DNA from: Macrostomum lignano
Taxonomy: Eukaryota
Direction: 5' to 3'
DNA: 64,000 bases
Assembly: GCA_002269645.1 (NCBI GenBank)
Contig: NIVC01002204.1
Span: 62,001-126,000 of the forward strand
This document shows positions 13,537 through 25,600 of this stretch, piece by piece. The position numbers were made by a program, and so were the translations under genes. Positions within the stretch are counted from its first letter, which is position 1. Each line of letters opens with the position of its first letter. The notes beneath the pieces were generated by a model, which did not search any database, had not been told where the DNA came from, and was given only the letters and a program-made list of their open reading frames with translations.

Positions 13537-14710
13537 GTGGGTCACTCCGTCTGTCAGTGGGTCACTCCGTCTGTCAGTGGGTCACTCCGTCTGTCAGTGG
13601 GTCACTCCGTCTGTCAGTGGGCCACTCCGTCTGTCAGTGGGTCACTCCGTCTGTCAGTGGGTCACTCCGTCTGTCAGTGGGTCACTCCCTCTGTCAGTGG
13701 GTCACTCCCTCTGTCAGTGGGTCACTCCCTCTGTCAGCAGGGCACTCCGTCTGTCAGTGGGTCACTCCGTCTGTCAGTGGGTCACTCCGTCTGTCAGTGG
13801 GCCACTCCGTCTGTCAGTGGGTCACTCCGTCTGTCAGTGGGCCACTCCGTCTGTCAGTGGGTCACTCCCTCTGTCAGTGGGTCACTCCCTCTGTCAGTGG
13901 GTCACTCCCTCTGTCAGCAGGGCACTCCGTCTGTCAGTGGGTCACTCCGTCTGTCAGTGGGTCACTCCGTCTGTCAGTGGGCCACTCCGTCTGTCAGTGG
14001 GTCACTCCGTCTGTCAGTGGGTCACTCCGTCTGTCAGTGGGTCACTCCCTCTGTCAGTGGGTCACTCCCTCTGTCAGTGGGTCACTCCGTCTGTCAGTGG
14101 GTCACTCCGTCTGTCAGTGGGCCACTCCGTCTGTCAGTGGGCCACTCCGTCTGTCAGTGGGTCACTCCGTCTGTCAGTGGGTCACTCCGTCTGTCAGTGG
14201 GCCACTCCGTCTGTCAGTGGGCCACTCCGTCTGTCAGTGGGTCACTCCGTCTGTCAGTGGGTCACTCCGTCTGTCAGTGGGTCAATCCCTCTGTCAGTGG
14301 GTCACTCCGTCTGTCAGTGGGTCACTCACCCGCTCAGTGGGTCACTCCCTCTCTCAGTGGGTCACTCCCTCTGTCAGTGGATCACTCCCTCTGTCAGTGG
14401 GTCACTCACTCTGTCAGTGGGTTACTCCCTCTGTCAGTAGGTCACTCCCTGTGTCAGTAGGTCACTCCCGCTGTCAGTAGGTCACTCCCTCTCTCGGTGG
14501 GTCACTCCTTCTGTCAGTAGGTCACTCCCTCTGTCAGTGAGTCACTCCCTCTCTCAGTGGGTCACTCTTTCTATGAGTGGGTCACTATATTTATCTTTGG
14601 GTCATTCTATCTATCAATAGGTCACTCCATCCATCAGTGGGTCACTCTATCTACCAGTGGGTCACTTCATCTATCACTACGTCACTCATCCATCTATCAG
14701 TGGGTCACTC
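13537..14710. repeat. 20-bp minisatellite (GTCACTCCGTCTGTCAGTGG) decaying toward its right end
   Basis: Homogeneous to about 14280, then progressively degenerate. Confidence 0.95.
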
Positions 14711-15387
14711 TCTTTTCTTACAGAGTAGCCTATTCTATCAGGTTTCCTATGCATGAACTATTTTCTTATATTCGCGTATGTTATAAAATTAAAAAATCCT
14801 AACTACACTACTTAATTCCTCAGAAAGTAGTGCAGTTTGCATTTTTACACTGAGTCCGATACTCATAATATAGCCTAGTTTTGATGTCAATTAAAATTTT
14901 AATTAAATGCGACAAATATATAGATATATACGTCAATAAAGTCAGAAAAAAATGGTTATAAAAAGGTTGAACATAGTTTTTAATATATTTAATATCCCGG
15001 CTGCTTTGATATTGGTCGCAAAAAATTACGTTATAGAAGTGTAGGAAACAAATTGAATAGGGCGCAAGTAGAAAAAAGCTGTTAAAATGGAATAAAGTGG
15101 TATCTAATGAGCATTTTATTGAGGTGAATTTAAACTTCAACGAATAACTGTTTTGTTTGAGATTCGCTTCAAAAAACTCGGTTCGGGTTTATTTTACACA
15201 ATAGAATAGTTTATTAATATGGGATAGCTCGAGTAACTTATAAAAAACCTAACAGTAGAAAGATCAATATCTGAAGTTTTAAAGCGATTTCTCTTGTAAG
15301 TTATCACAACCTTTAAATTAAATATTTTCTTTATTTTGTGTCCGGAACTTGTTTAGCTTTGTATCATAATTTGTATAATAGAAATTA

Positions 15388-15790
15388 TAGCTTTGTGTCA
15401 GGAGCTGGTATAGCATTGTGTCAGGAGCTGGTATAGCTTTGTGTCAGGTGCTGGTATAGCTTTGTGTCAGGTGCTGGTATAGCTTTGTGTCAGGAGCTGG
15501 TATAGCTTTGTGTCAGGTGCTGGTATAGCTTTGTGTCAGGAGCTGGTATAGCTTTGTGTCAGGAGCTGGTGTAGCATTGTGTCAGGAGCTGGTATAGCTT
15601 TGTGTCAGGTGCTGGTATAGCTTTGTGTCAGGAGCTGGTATAGCTTTGTGTCAGGTGCTGGTATAGCTTTGTGTCAGGAGCTGGTGTAGCATTGTGTCAG
15701 GAGCTGGTATAGCTTTGTGTCAGGAGCTGGTATAGCTTTGTGTCAGGAGCTGGTATAGCTTTGTATCAGGTGCTGGTGTAGCATTGTGTC
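15388..15790. repeat. 23-bp minisatellite (TGTGTCAGGAGCTGGTATAGCTT)
   Basis: About 330 nt downstream of the LRRD1 stop; unit contains GTGTCAG. Confidence 0.92.
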
Positions 15791-16117
15791 ATAAACTGAT
15801 AGGATAATGCCAGGAACTGGTTGATTCTTGTCAGGAATCGGTATGTTTGTGTCAGGAACTCAATATATTGTGCTTCAGAGCTACGAAAAAACTATATTTT
15901 TGGAGAAAAAAACTGAAAATAATCCCAACAATTCACCGATAAAGGCTTCCTTACTTTGTATCAGAAACTCAAAGTTGTGTCCGGGAAGTTAGGTAAATAT
16001 TTAGTAAAATTATGTCTGTAGGAGTTGAACTTTAAGAATAGTTAATAAGTCACGCGAAGAGTACATCTGTACGTAGCTAACGATGCTTGAGCACTGCATT
16101 TCACTCCAACTGCCAAC

Positions 16118-19100
16118 TCACAGTCTAATCATATCTGTGACGGCTTTCTGCGAGCGCAGCTCAGCGCTCATCTTGGTCAGACCGATCAGGTGCAGAATTC
16201 GAATTAATTCGCCTGAAGTTGCTAAATGAGATTTCTCCTCTTGCCAGGCTAGAAATCCCTGCATTGGTGGTAGTTGAGATGGAGATGTGGATGCTTGGAT
16301 TGATGTCCAGTACTAACAGATGCACGTGTGCCAGCTGCAGCGGGGCGCGCCAACTACAGATGAGGCGCCAGCTACAGAGGGGGCGCCAACTACAGATGAG
16401 GCGCCAGCTACAGAGGGGGCGCCAGCTACAGATGGGGCGCCAGCTACAGAGGGGGCGCCAGCTACAGAGGGGGCGCCAGCTGCAGATGGGGCGCCAGCTA
16501 CAGAGAGGGCGCCAGCTACAGAGGGGGCGCCAGCTACAGAGGGGGCGCCAGCTACAGAGGGGGCGCCAGCTACAGATGGGGAGCCAGCTACAGAGGGGCG
16601 CCAGCTACAGAGAGGGCGCCAGCTACAGAGGGGGCGCCAGCTACAGAGGGGGCGCCAGCTACAGATGGGGCGCCAGCTACAGAGGGGTCGCCAGCTACAG
16701 AGGGGGCGCCAGCTACAGAGGGGGCGCCAGCTACAGAGGGGGCGCCAGCTACAGAGGGGGCGCCAGCTACAGATGGGGCGCCAGCTACAGATGGGGAGCC
16801 AGCTACAGAGGGGCGCCAGCAACAGATGGGGCGCCAGCTACAGATGAGGCGCCAGCTACAGAGGGGGCGCCAGCTACAGAGGGGGCGCCAGCTACAGATG
16901 GGGAGCCAGCTACAGAGGGGGCGCCAGCTACAGATGAGGCGCCAGCTACAGAGGGGGCGCCAGCTACAGATGGGGCGCCAGCTACAGAGGGGGCGCCAGC
17001 TACAGATGGGGCGCCAGCTACAGAAGGGCGCCAGCTACAGAGGGGGCGCCAGCTACAGAGGGGGCGCCAGCTACAGATGGGGCGCCAGCTACAGATGGGG
17101 AGCCAGCTACAGAGGGGCGCCAGCAACAGATGGGGCGCCAGCTACAGATGAGGCGCCAGCTACAGAGGGGGCGCCAGCTACAGAGGGGGCGCCAGCTACA
17201 GAGGGGGCGCCAGCTACAGATGAGGCGCCAGCTACAGAGGGGGCGCCAGCTACAGATGGGGCGCCAGCTACAGAGGGGGCGCCAGCTACAGAGGGGGCGC
17301 CAGCTACAGAGGGGGCGCCAGCTACAGATGGGGCGCCAGCTACAGAGGGGGCGCCAGCTACAGAGGGGGCGCCAGCTACAGATGGGGCGCCAGCTACAGA
17401 TGGGGAGCCAGCTACAGAGGGGCGCCAGCAACAGATGGGGCGCCAGCTACAGATGAGGCGCCAGCTACAGAGGGGGCGCCAGCTACAGATGGGGAGCCAG
17501 CTACAGAGGGGGCGCCAGCTACAGATGAGGCGCCAGCTACAGAGGGGGCGCCAGCTACAGATGGGGCGCCAGCTACAGAGGGGGCGCCAGCTACAGAGGG
17601 GGCGCCAGCTACAGATGGGGAGCCAGCTACAGAGGGGCGCCAGCAACAGATGGGGCGCCAGCTACAGATGAGGCGCCAGCTACAGAGGGGGCGCCAGCTA
17701 CAGAGGGGGCGCCAGCTACAGATGGGGAGCCAGCTACAGAGGGGGCGCCAGCTACAGATGAGGCGCCAGCTACAGAGGGGCGCCAGCTACAGATGGGGCG
17801 CCAGCTACAGAGGGGGCGCCAGCTACAGATGGGGCGCCAGCTACAGAAGGGCGCCAGCTACAGAGGGGGCGCCAGCTACAGAGGGGGCGCCAGCTACAGA
17901 TGGGGCGCCAGCTACAGATGGGGAGCCAGCTACAGAGGGGCGCCAGCAACAGATGGGGCGCCAGCTACAGATGAGGCGCCAGCTACAGAGGGGGCGCCAG
18001 CTACAGAGGGGCGCCAGCTACAGAGGGGGCGCCAGCTACAGATGAGGCGCCAGCTACAGAGGGGGCGCCAGCTACAGATGGGGCGCCAGCTACAGAGGGG
18101 GCGCCAGCTACAGAGGGGCGCCAGCTACAGAGGGGGCGCCAGCTACAGATGGGGCGCCAGCTACAGAGGGGGCGCCAGCTACAGAGGGGGCGCCAGCTAC
18201 AGATGGGGCGCCAGCTACAGATGGGGAGCCAGCTACAGAGGGGCGCCAGCAACAGATGGGGCGCCAGCTACAGATGAGGCGCCAGCTACAGAGGGGGCGC
18301 CAGCTACAGATGGGGAGCCAGCTACAGAGGGGGCGCCAGCTACAGATGAGGCGCCAGCTACAGAGGGGGCGCCAGCTACAGATGGGGCGCCAGCTACAGA
18401 GGGGGCGCCAGCTACAGAGGGGGCGCCAGCTACAGATGGGGCGCCAGCTACAGATGGGGAGCCAGCTACAGAGGGGGCGCCAGCTACAGAGGGGGCGCCA
18501 GCTACAGATGAGGCGCCAGCTACAGAGGGGCGCCAGCTACAGAGGGGGCGCCAGCTACAGACGGGGCGCCAGCTACAGATGAGGCGCCAGCTACAGATGA
18601 GGCGCCAGCTACAGATGGGGAGCCAGCTACAGAGGGGGCGCCAGCTACAGATGGGGCGCCAGCTACAGATGGGGCGCCAGCTACAGATGAGGCGCCAGCT
18701 ACAGATGGGGCGCCAGCTACAGATGGGGAGCCAGCTACAGAGGGGGCGCCAGCTACAGAGGGGGCGCCAGCTACAGATGGGGCGCCAGCTACAGAGGGGG
18801 CGCCAGCTATAGAGGGGGCGCCAGCAACAGATGGGGCGCCAGCTACAGATGAGGCGCCAGCTACAGAGGGGGCGCCAGCTACAGATGGGGCGCCAGCTAC
18901 AGATGGGGTGCCAGCTACAGATGGGGCGCCAGCTACAGAAGGGCGCCAGCTACAGATGGGGCGCCAGCTACAGAGGGGGCGCCAGCTACAGATGGGGCGC
19001 CAGCTACAGAGAGGGCGCCAGCTACAGATGGGGCGCCAGCTACAGAGAGGGCGCCTGCTACATAGATAAAATACGTCCTTATAGATTTTAGCATCTACAC

Positions 19101-21561
19101 TCACTTGAGGAATTCTCTCCTTGGACTTCTCCTTGCCCTTGAATTCGTTCTCAATGGCGGTCATGCGATCCTCGGAGACCCCCAGCTTTCTAAACAGATG
19201 CCGGAAGTCGGCCTTGTCGATTCTATACTGAATAGCTTCGATCATGCGCTTGACGAGGCTCTCTGTTAAACAAAGTAGTCAAGGACTTTCAAATATTAAA
19301 ACATTGTTACTTTTTGTTGGTTCTACCACCGACAGAGGACTACCACCCCAAGCTCTAAACCTCAAGGACTACCACCCCAAGCTCTAAACCTCAAGGACTA
19401 CCACCCCAAGCTCTAAACCTCAAGGACTACCACCCCAAGCTCTAAACCTCAAGGACTACCACCCCAAGCTCTAAACCTCAAGGGCTACACCTCAAGGGCT
19501 ATACACCTCAAGGGCTATACACCTCAAGGGCTATACACCTCAAGGGCTACACCTCAAGGGCTACACCTCAAGGGCTACACCTCAAGGGCTACACCTCAAG
19601 CTCTAAACCTCAAGGGCTACACCTCAAGGGCTACACCCAAGGTGCAGCGCGAACTTACGCTCTCGTTCGTCGTATTTGTGCACAAAAGCTCCAATTGGTT
19701 TGACTTCTCCGCCAAAGACAATCTCAGCTGGTGGCACTTTACTAGGATTACCTTCGGCATTGAAATTTACTGACTGACCGCCGAGCTCTTCAATGCTGCG
19801 AGGCAAATAGGCGATGAGGTTGTTCTCCAGTTTCAGCGTATTCAAGCTCTTGAGCTGGCGAACAGCGTCTGGAACGACTTTGAGACGGTTATTTTGTAGC
19901 AGCAGGTCGCGAAGCTGAGTCAGGCGACCGAGTGTTTCAGGCAAGCTGGTCAACTCGTTGTCTGACAGATCCAGATGAGTCAGCAAGTCCAGGCAGCCGA
20001 TGTCTTCGTGAATTTGCAGCAGCTTCTTGCCCGAGCCTTGGTGAAGACGCAGCTGTCTGAGAGCCGGCACGACGCAGACCTCGGTGGGAAAGTCACTAAA
20101 GTTGTTATTGGACAGGTTGAGACTTTCCAAGCAGGTGAGTTGCTTCAAATCTTCTGGCAATTGGGCGATGCGATTGCCGGCCAAGTCCAGCTGCTCCAGC
20201 TGCTTCATCCGGCAGAGGACATCGGGAAACTCCTCGATTGCGTTGCCTGGCAGCTGCAGGATGCGAAGCTGTCGGAGTTTCTTGAAGTCGTCGGGCAAAT
20301 TGGCGAGCCTGTTTCCCGTCAAGTTGAGCACCTGAAGCGACTCGAGTTCGCATAGTGACTGGGGAAATTCTTCAAAGTCGTTGTTCTCCAGAGTCAGCTG
20401 TTTCAGGCGTTTCAATCGGCCAAGCTCGTCGGAGACATCAGTCAGGCGGTTGTCTCCTAGTAGCAGAACCTCCAGAGCCGGAAGGGTGGCGATGATCTCC
20501 GGGAAAATCTCCAAGCCGTTGGAGCTCAAGTCGAGAATTGAAAGAATCTTCAAATTAGAGAACTCAAGCGGCAAAAATAGGATTCCATTCGATGCCAGAT
20601 TGAGAACTCGGAGATTCGAGCAGAAGCAGAAGTTTTCGTCAAATTCTGTCAGGTCGGCCTTGCCCAAGTTCAGCTCCAGCAGGCAGCCCAATCGAGCCAG
20701 GCTGGTGGGAATCAGCTGCAGCGGATTGCCCTCAGCGTTCAGGTTCTTCAGCTCACTTAGGTAGCCAATCTCGTTAGGCAGCTCCTCGATATTATTAAAC
20801 GACAGGTTGAGAATATCCAGTCTGGCTAACTTTGCTATTTCCTCCGGAACTTCGTTTATTTGGTTGTGCGACAAGCCGAGCTCGACGAGACTCTCCAGAT
20901 CAAAAATTTGGCAAGGCATGAATTCGAACTTGTTGTTGTCAAGCCGCAAAATTTGCAACTGTTCTAAACTGTCAAGCTGCCGGGGGAGCGAAGTCAATGA
21001 ATTGCCATTCAATCGCAATGATTGGAGAGCAACCAAATTGCAGACGCTACCGCTGAGCTCCGTGAAACAGTTTGACTCAAGCACCAACGATTTCAGAGTC
21101 CAGTTCTTTGATCCGATCTCTGGTAGGCATTTAATTCGATTCGACCCAAGCGAAAGAACTTCGAGTCTTCGGAAAGAAAAGCAGAAATCAGGTATTTCAG
21201 TGATGCTATTCGAGCAGAGGTTAAGGAACTTTAAACTCTTGCATGATTCAAGAGAACCAGGCACTTCCCTTAGTCTGTTAAATGAAAGGTCTAAGCAAGT
21301 CAATTGGTAAAGGTTAATAGAAGACTTGGGAAAGCTCTCAATTCGGTTGTTGTTCGCCACGAAGTATTTCAATCCTTTTGCTGCCTCGAGAAAATCGGAA
21401 ATCGAATGTAGCTCATTATCGCTAACGCATAAAAATCCAAGTTTCTTAATATCAAAAGCCTTCGCAGGGATCTTCTTTAGCCCCCTGTTGCTCAGATTTA
21501 AACACACAGTACCGTTTGAAGTGTAGCATTCATCCGAAAGCTTTTGCTTGGCTTCAGTCAT
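16118..21561 (-). CDS. LRRD1: Leucine-rich repeat and death domain-containing protein 1 orthologue; 3 exons, about 733 aa
   Basis: Exons 21561-19659, 19262-19105, 16258-16118 (2202 nt, in phase; donors C|GTAAGT and CAA|GTGAGT). Roughly 25 LRRs, then EGNPSKVPPAEI...KYDEREQ and a C-terminal death domain split over two exons (SLVKRMIEAIQYRIDKADFRHLFRKLGVSED...ERIPQ|GFLAWQEEK...ELIRILHLIG). The atypical repeat LHQGSGKKLLQI and the linker match recalled human LRRD1 (ISQIKGRKLTRL; DDNPLLRPPVEI..ADERDE). Start taken as gccATG at 21561. Confidence 0.88.
16342..19057. repeat. 18-bp minisatellite (GCGCCAGCTACAGAGGGG) with 17-bp variants and a ~305-bp higher-order unit
   Basis: Fills almost all of LRRD1 intron 2 (16259-19104). 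Confidence 0.96.
19336..19640. repeat. 29-bp array (AGGACTACCACCCCAAGCTCTAAACCTCA) grading into a 14/16-bp array (CTACACCTCAAGGG)
   Basis: LRRD1 intron 1. Confidence 0.9.
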
Positions 21562-22216
21562 GGCTTCAATATATGCCCAATATTTTAAACAGGCATGACA
21601 CGTAGAAAGCGAAATGATTATAAAAAATCGACTCAAAATGTTAAACTAAAAGTAAACTATAGAGACAGATATTACTAGTTTATTTTTGTATGAAGGACAA
21701 AAAAATACAATAAAACATTTTTTCAACTAATTCCATTACTTTTTGAGTTAAAACTCAGGCAAAAATATTATTACGCAGTAGCAGTTGTTTTAATAGGAAA
21801 TTTTTCTTGCTAATTTTACGTGTCATGAATTTGAATTTGATTCTACAGTATTTACTATTAACCATCGATTATATCCTGCATTCATTAACTGAGAGCTCCC
21901 TCTGATTTTTGAAAGACGTGATACCATATTACCGTCTATGCCGTAAAGCGTAAATCTATTCTGCTTATCAAAAATATGATATTAATATCAGATCAGTATT
22001 TAAACATATTTGATTCAAATTAATGCAGTTTTATATTCAATTAAAAACAATTTTTCAGCAGAAAGGCATATCCATATGCCGTATGGCATGCAGAAACAGC
22101 TAGTTTTTTAATTAAATGTATAAATTCTTATAAGATTTAAATTTTATTTAAAATTAAATCTTAAGATTTCAGTTTTTTGACAAATTTTGAATTAGTGCTA
22201 CAACAACATAGGTCTA

Positions 22217-22650
22217 GGGGTCTCCCTAAAACATACTGCACCCAGAGCTACAAATTATAACATTTTTTGTCAATGCAGTATTTGATTGCTGAGAGAACTA
22301 TTTATTGTAAGACAAGAGTAATGGAATAAATACCTTAAATTATTAGGCCTATATTAAATATTGTTAGGGCCTATTTTTCTTATTCTCATTATCATTATTA
22401 AATTACATTATTAATATTATTAATATTATTTTATTATTATTACTAATAGTTTTTATTCACCAAATTTTAGATAATAAAGTAATAAAGAAACATAAATTTC
22501 TTAAACACTTTAAAGCGTAACAAAAAATACGTTTTAAAATGTCTTTAGTTATAGCCTAGTGCAATTTGTTTTAATGTATAGCTATATATATAAATATAGG
22601 CCCCTAACATAAGCTTTAAACTAATGTGGTACATGTTTTAGGGAGACCCC
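22217..22650. mobile_element. MITE-like element bounded by a perfect 18-bp inverted repeat
   Basis: GGGGTCTCCCTAAAACAT (22217-22234) and ATGTTTTAGGGAGACCCC (22633-22650) around an AT-rich non-coding interior; no clear TSD. Confidence 0.5.
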
Positions 22651-25600
22651 AACATAGTGCTTCTAATCATAGATACTTTTCGATTGAGCAATTGATAGAG
22701 ATTAGAGAAATAAATAGAGCTCTAGCCCATGGCACCTAGTTAGAATCATAGAACAAATCGTATTAAAAAAGTTTGCTTGTGCTATGTACTAGAACTATTC
22801 CTATCAAATAAGTCTTCTTGTGCTGTGTGCTATAAATTTATTAAAAAAAGGATAAGAACATAATTTTCTATCTGAAAAAGTAAAACCAATATTTTAATTA
22901 AAATATTATATTATTAATACACTAGCAAATAAAAAGTGCTAATGTAAAGATCTCCAAATAAGATACAAAGTAGACTACTATAAGTAGCAACATGAAGATG
23001 CAAAAAACTCAAATGTTACAAAAATTGCAAATTGTCATAATCTATTTTTAAAGACCATGAAAATAACAAGTGACCATCTTTTGCAACATTTAAATTTAGA
23101 ACTCCAAATATGGTATCGGCGCTCAAAGTATTCTATAGGGGTCAAATTTCCAAAGCACTAAACTGTCACCTACTAAAAATAAGCTGTTTCTCAAGAATTT
23201 TTCCTATAAATATTGTACAAGCCAAAATCCGAGCTAAAAATCTCAGACTCGGAGCAGCCTCTAAAGATCTTGGAGCTTGTTGGAACAGCTAAGCGAGGCT
23301 ACATCTCTGAAAGAGAAGTAAACCAATTGGTGAGCCGTTGCTTGAGCCTTTGTTATTGATTTTGAGAGCGACTTATTGCCAGCCGCTACTGTCCAGTCGA
23401 TTTGACTGAGTTCATTGAATTTGAGGACTCCCATTTTCCTAAGGGATTAAACAGGATCTGCGGACCGATTCCGATACCCTTAGAGGATTATCAATTGATT
23501 GATTTTGGTTATCCTAGATTAACCAATAGGAGCACACAACTTCGATTCTGTTATTTCTAGAAGAAGACGCCCTTCTTGGAGGACCTCGTTGTTGTTACAG
23601 AAAGTAGATTTTATTACAAGGGTGCTTTGTTGATATTGATTACTGAGCTTAAGGCCTATATTGATTTGCATTCGAGAAATACTGCGACGTCGCCTGATTT
23701 GATCGTCACGTTCTCATTCGGCCGATTCAAGACTTCAAGAAGATTCCTCCAGAGAAGAAGAAGATTTGAAGAAATGAGCTTAGAGAACCTGCACTACACA
23801 GAAGAGGAGCCCGCAACAGTAAGTGATCACTTTATTTTGTTCCCAGGCTTAAGTGTCTGGAAGTGGGAGTTTTTGGGAGACTGATCACCTCTCGAATCAA
23901 CTCTTCACTAATAAAAAAATTGCTAATTTTCTGTCTACAAAAATATCCTCTCCAAAGTTTTTGTCTTGCACTATATTATACCAGACTTTTCATTAATAAT
24001 TATGCCAAAATATGCTAGTGTACTTGCAGTACATGTCCAACCCCTTTTTATGCTTATAATTTTCCATAAAAAAGGTCATTTTCCTGACTGTAGGCAATAG
24101 CTAAGCCTAGTGGAGAAGTAAATAGAGCAACAGATAGAGCAGTAGAATGCAGATAGAAAAATAAATAAAGCTAGGGGCTAGGGGATTTTCTAATACCATT
24201 TCCCATCCCATTTGGTCAGATAATTTTTTACTATTGGCATGTTTATATTGAAATACCAATTCAAACTTTAAATAATATCACAAAACAAACTAAAATATTG
24301 CTAAATTTTGGGCAATGTCCTAGATCTAGGCCTATTTTCCTATATTTAATTGTTTTTGCATAAAAGTTAAATTAATTAAAGCAAGCTTATTAAAGTATTC
24401 TTAAGGTCTGCTAAGCTATTGCTGCCAATTATTTAGTAGTAGCTAATATATATATATTGCCTGGGACATATATTTTGACTGATAGTTAGCAAGCATACAA
24501 TCTAGGATAGAATCTTTGCATGGCAATTTTGGAATAAAAAGTTGCACTTAAGTTTTTTTACCTTAAACTGTGCAAGTGTTTTAGCACTTTCATTTTAAAA
24601 GCAACTGTTTTTATGATGTTTTATACAAATTTTAAATAAATATGTAAAAATAAATTTTTATAAATATCTTTTATAGTAGTAATATAATACTAAGTGGAAG
24701 TGGCTTTGTTTTTAAATGTAATGACTTTATTTTATTGTAAAAAGTATAATATTCAACATTTTCAAATGGTATATTGCAAGTTTTTTGAACAAATAAAAGT
24801 TGTACACATGTAAACCTTTTTAGAATTGTGCAAGTGCCAAAAATATGCACGCAAGTGCACAATTTTTGTTTGTACACATGAAATGCATTTATGATTTTGT
24901 ACAAAAATTTCATCCAGGCATATAATGCACTTCTAACCACATGTTTGCCAAATATCATCTGCAGTTCATTGATCCAAACAGTCCTACTATATATATAAAA
25001 ATTATCACTTAGGCACATGTGAAGGCAAAGTTCTATAGCCAGCACAGCATTAGCTATATAGCAAATTGGTCCCCAAGCATTTGGACCAAATTGATGCTTG
25101 TTGGACCAAATTAAATGCTATTGTATTACTAGCCTTGCTACCATAGACAAAAGGTCTGTTACATTGGCAAACATGTAAGCTTTAATATGTGCTTATTATT
25201 ATATGTTACATTACATGTTAAATTATTATATTATTACATATGCTTAATATCTTAGCACTTTATCTCCCATCTCTCTAAGCCTTGGAATCTTAAAAACCTA
25301 ATGATTCTATTATTTCTTTTATTTCATTAAGTTTTCTTCACTCTAAAAAACTTTGTATATAAAATATAAAAAATGTATATAAAAAAATTAAAACCCTGTT
25401 GGTTGCATTAACAGTTAGTCTATTAATATCTAGGCTAAGATCTTATTGAATCAATCACAGGAATTGTAACACTTTAGATTAATACTTGCATTAAGTAAGT
25501 TAAAATACATCATAGGAAACAGTTATGATATAATCAATTTCTTAGTCAACAGTATTAGTCTCTATTATTAAAGCTAGTATAAAATAGTAGAGAATGCAAG

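Noticed and set aside
16219-18812. Mucin-like (ATEGAP)n protein on the + strand
   Set aside because: It lies antisense within LRRD1 intron 2, and 17-bp units recur in a fixed higher-order pattern that shifts the frame every few hundred bases; no signal peptide or clean start.
19975-21526. Plus-strand ORFs overlapping LRRD1; similar antisense ORFs over MCM10 and NALCN exons
   Set aside because: Antisense shadows of real coding exons with no recognisable domains.
23230-23884. GC-richer island with a ~170-codon + frame broken by one TAG and donor-like sites at about 23330 and 23819
   Set aside because: No recognisable protein, several frames look equally plausible and no consistent exon chain was found; possibly decayed mobile DNA. 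Needs BLASTx and RNA-seq.
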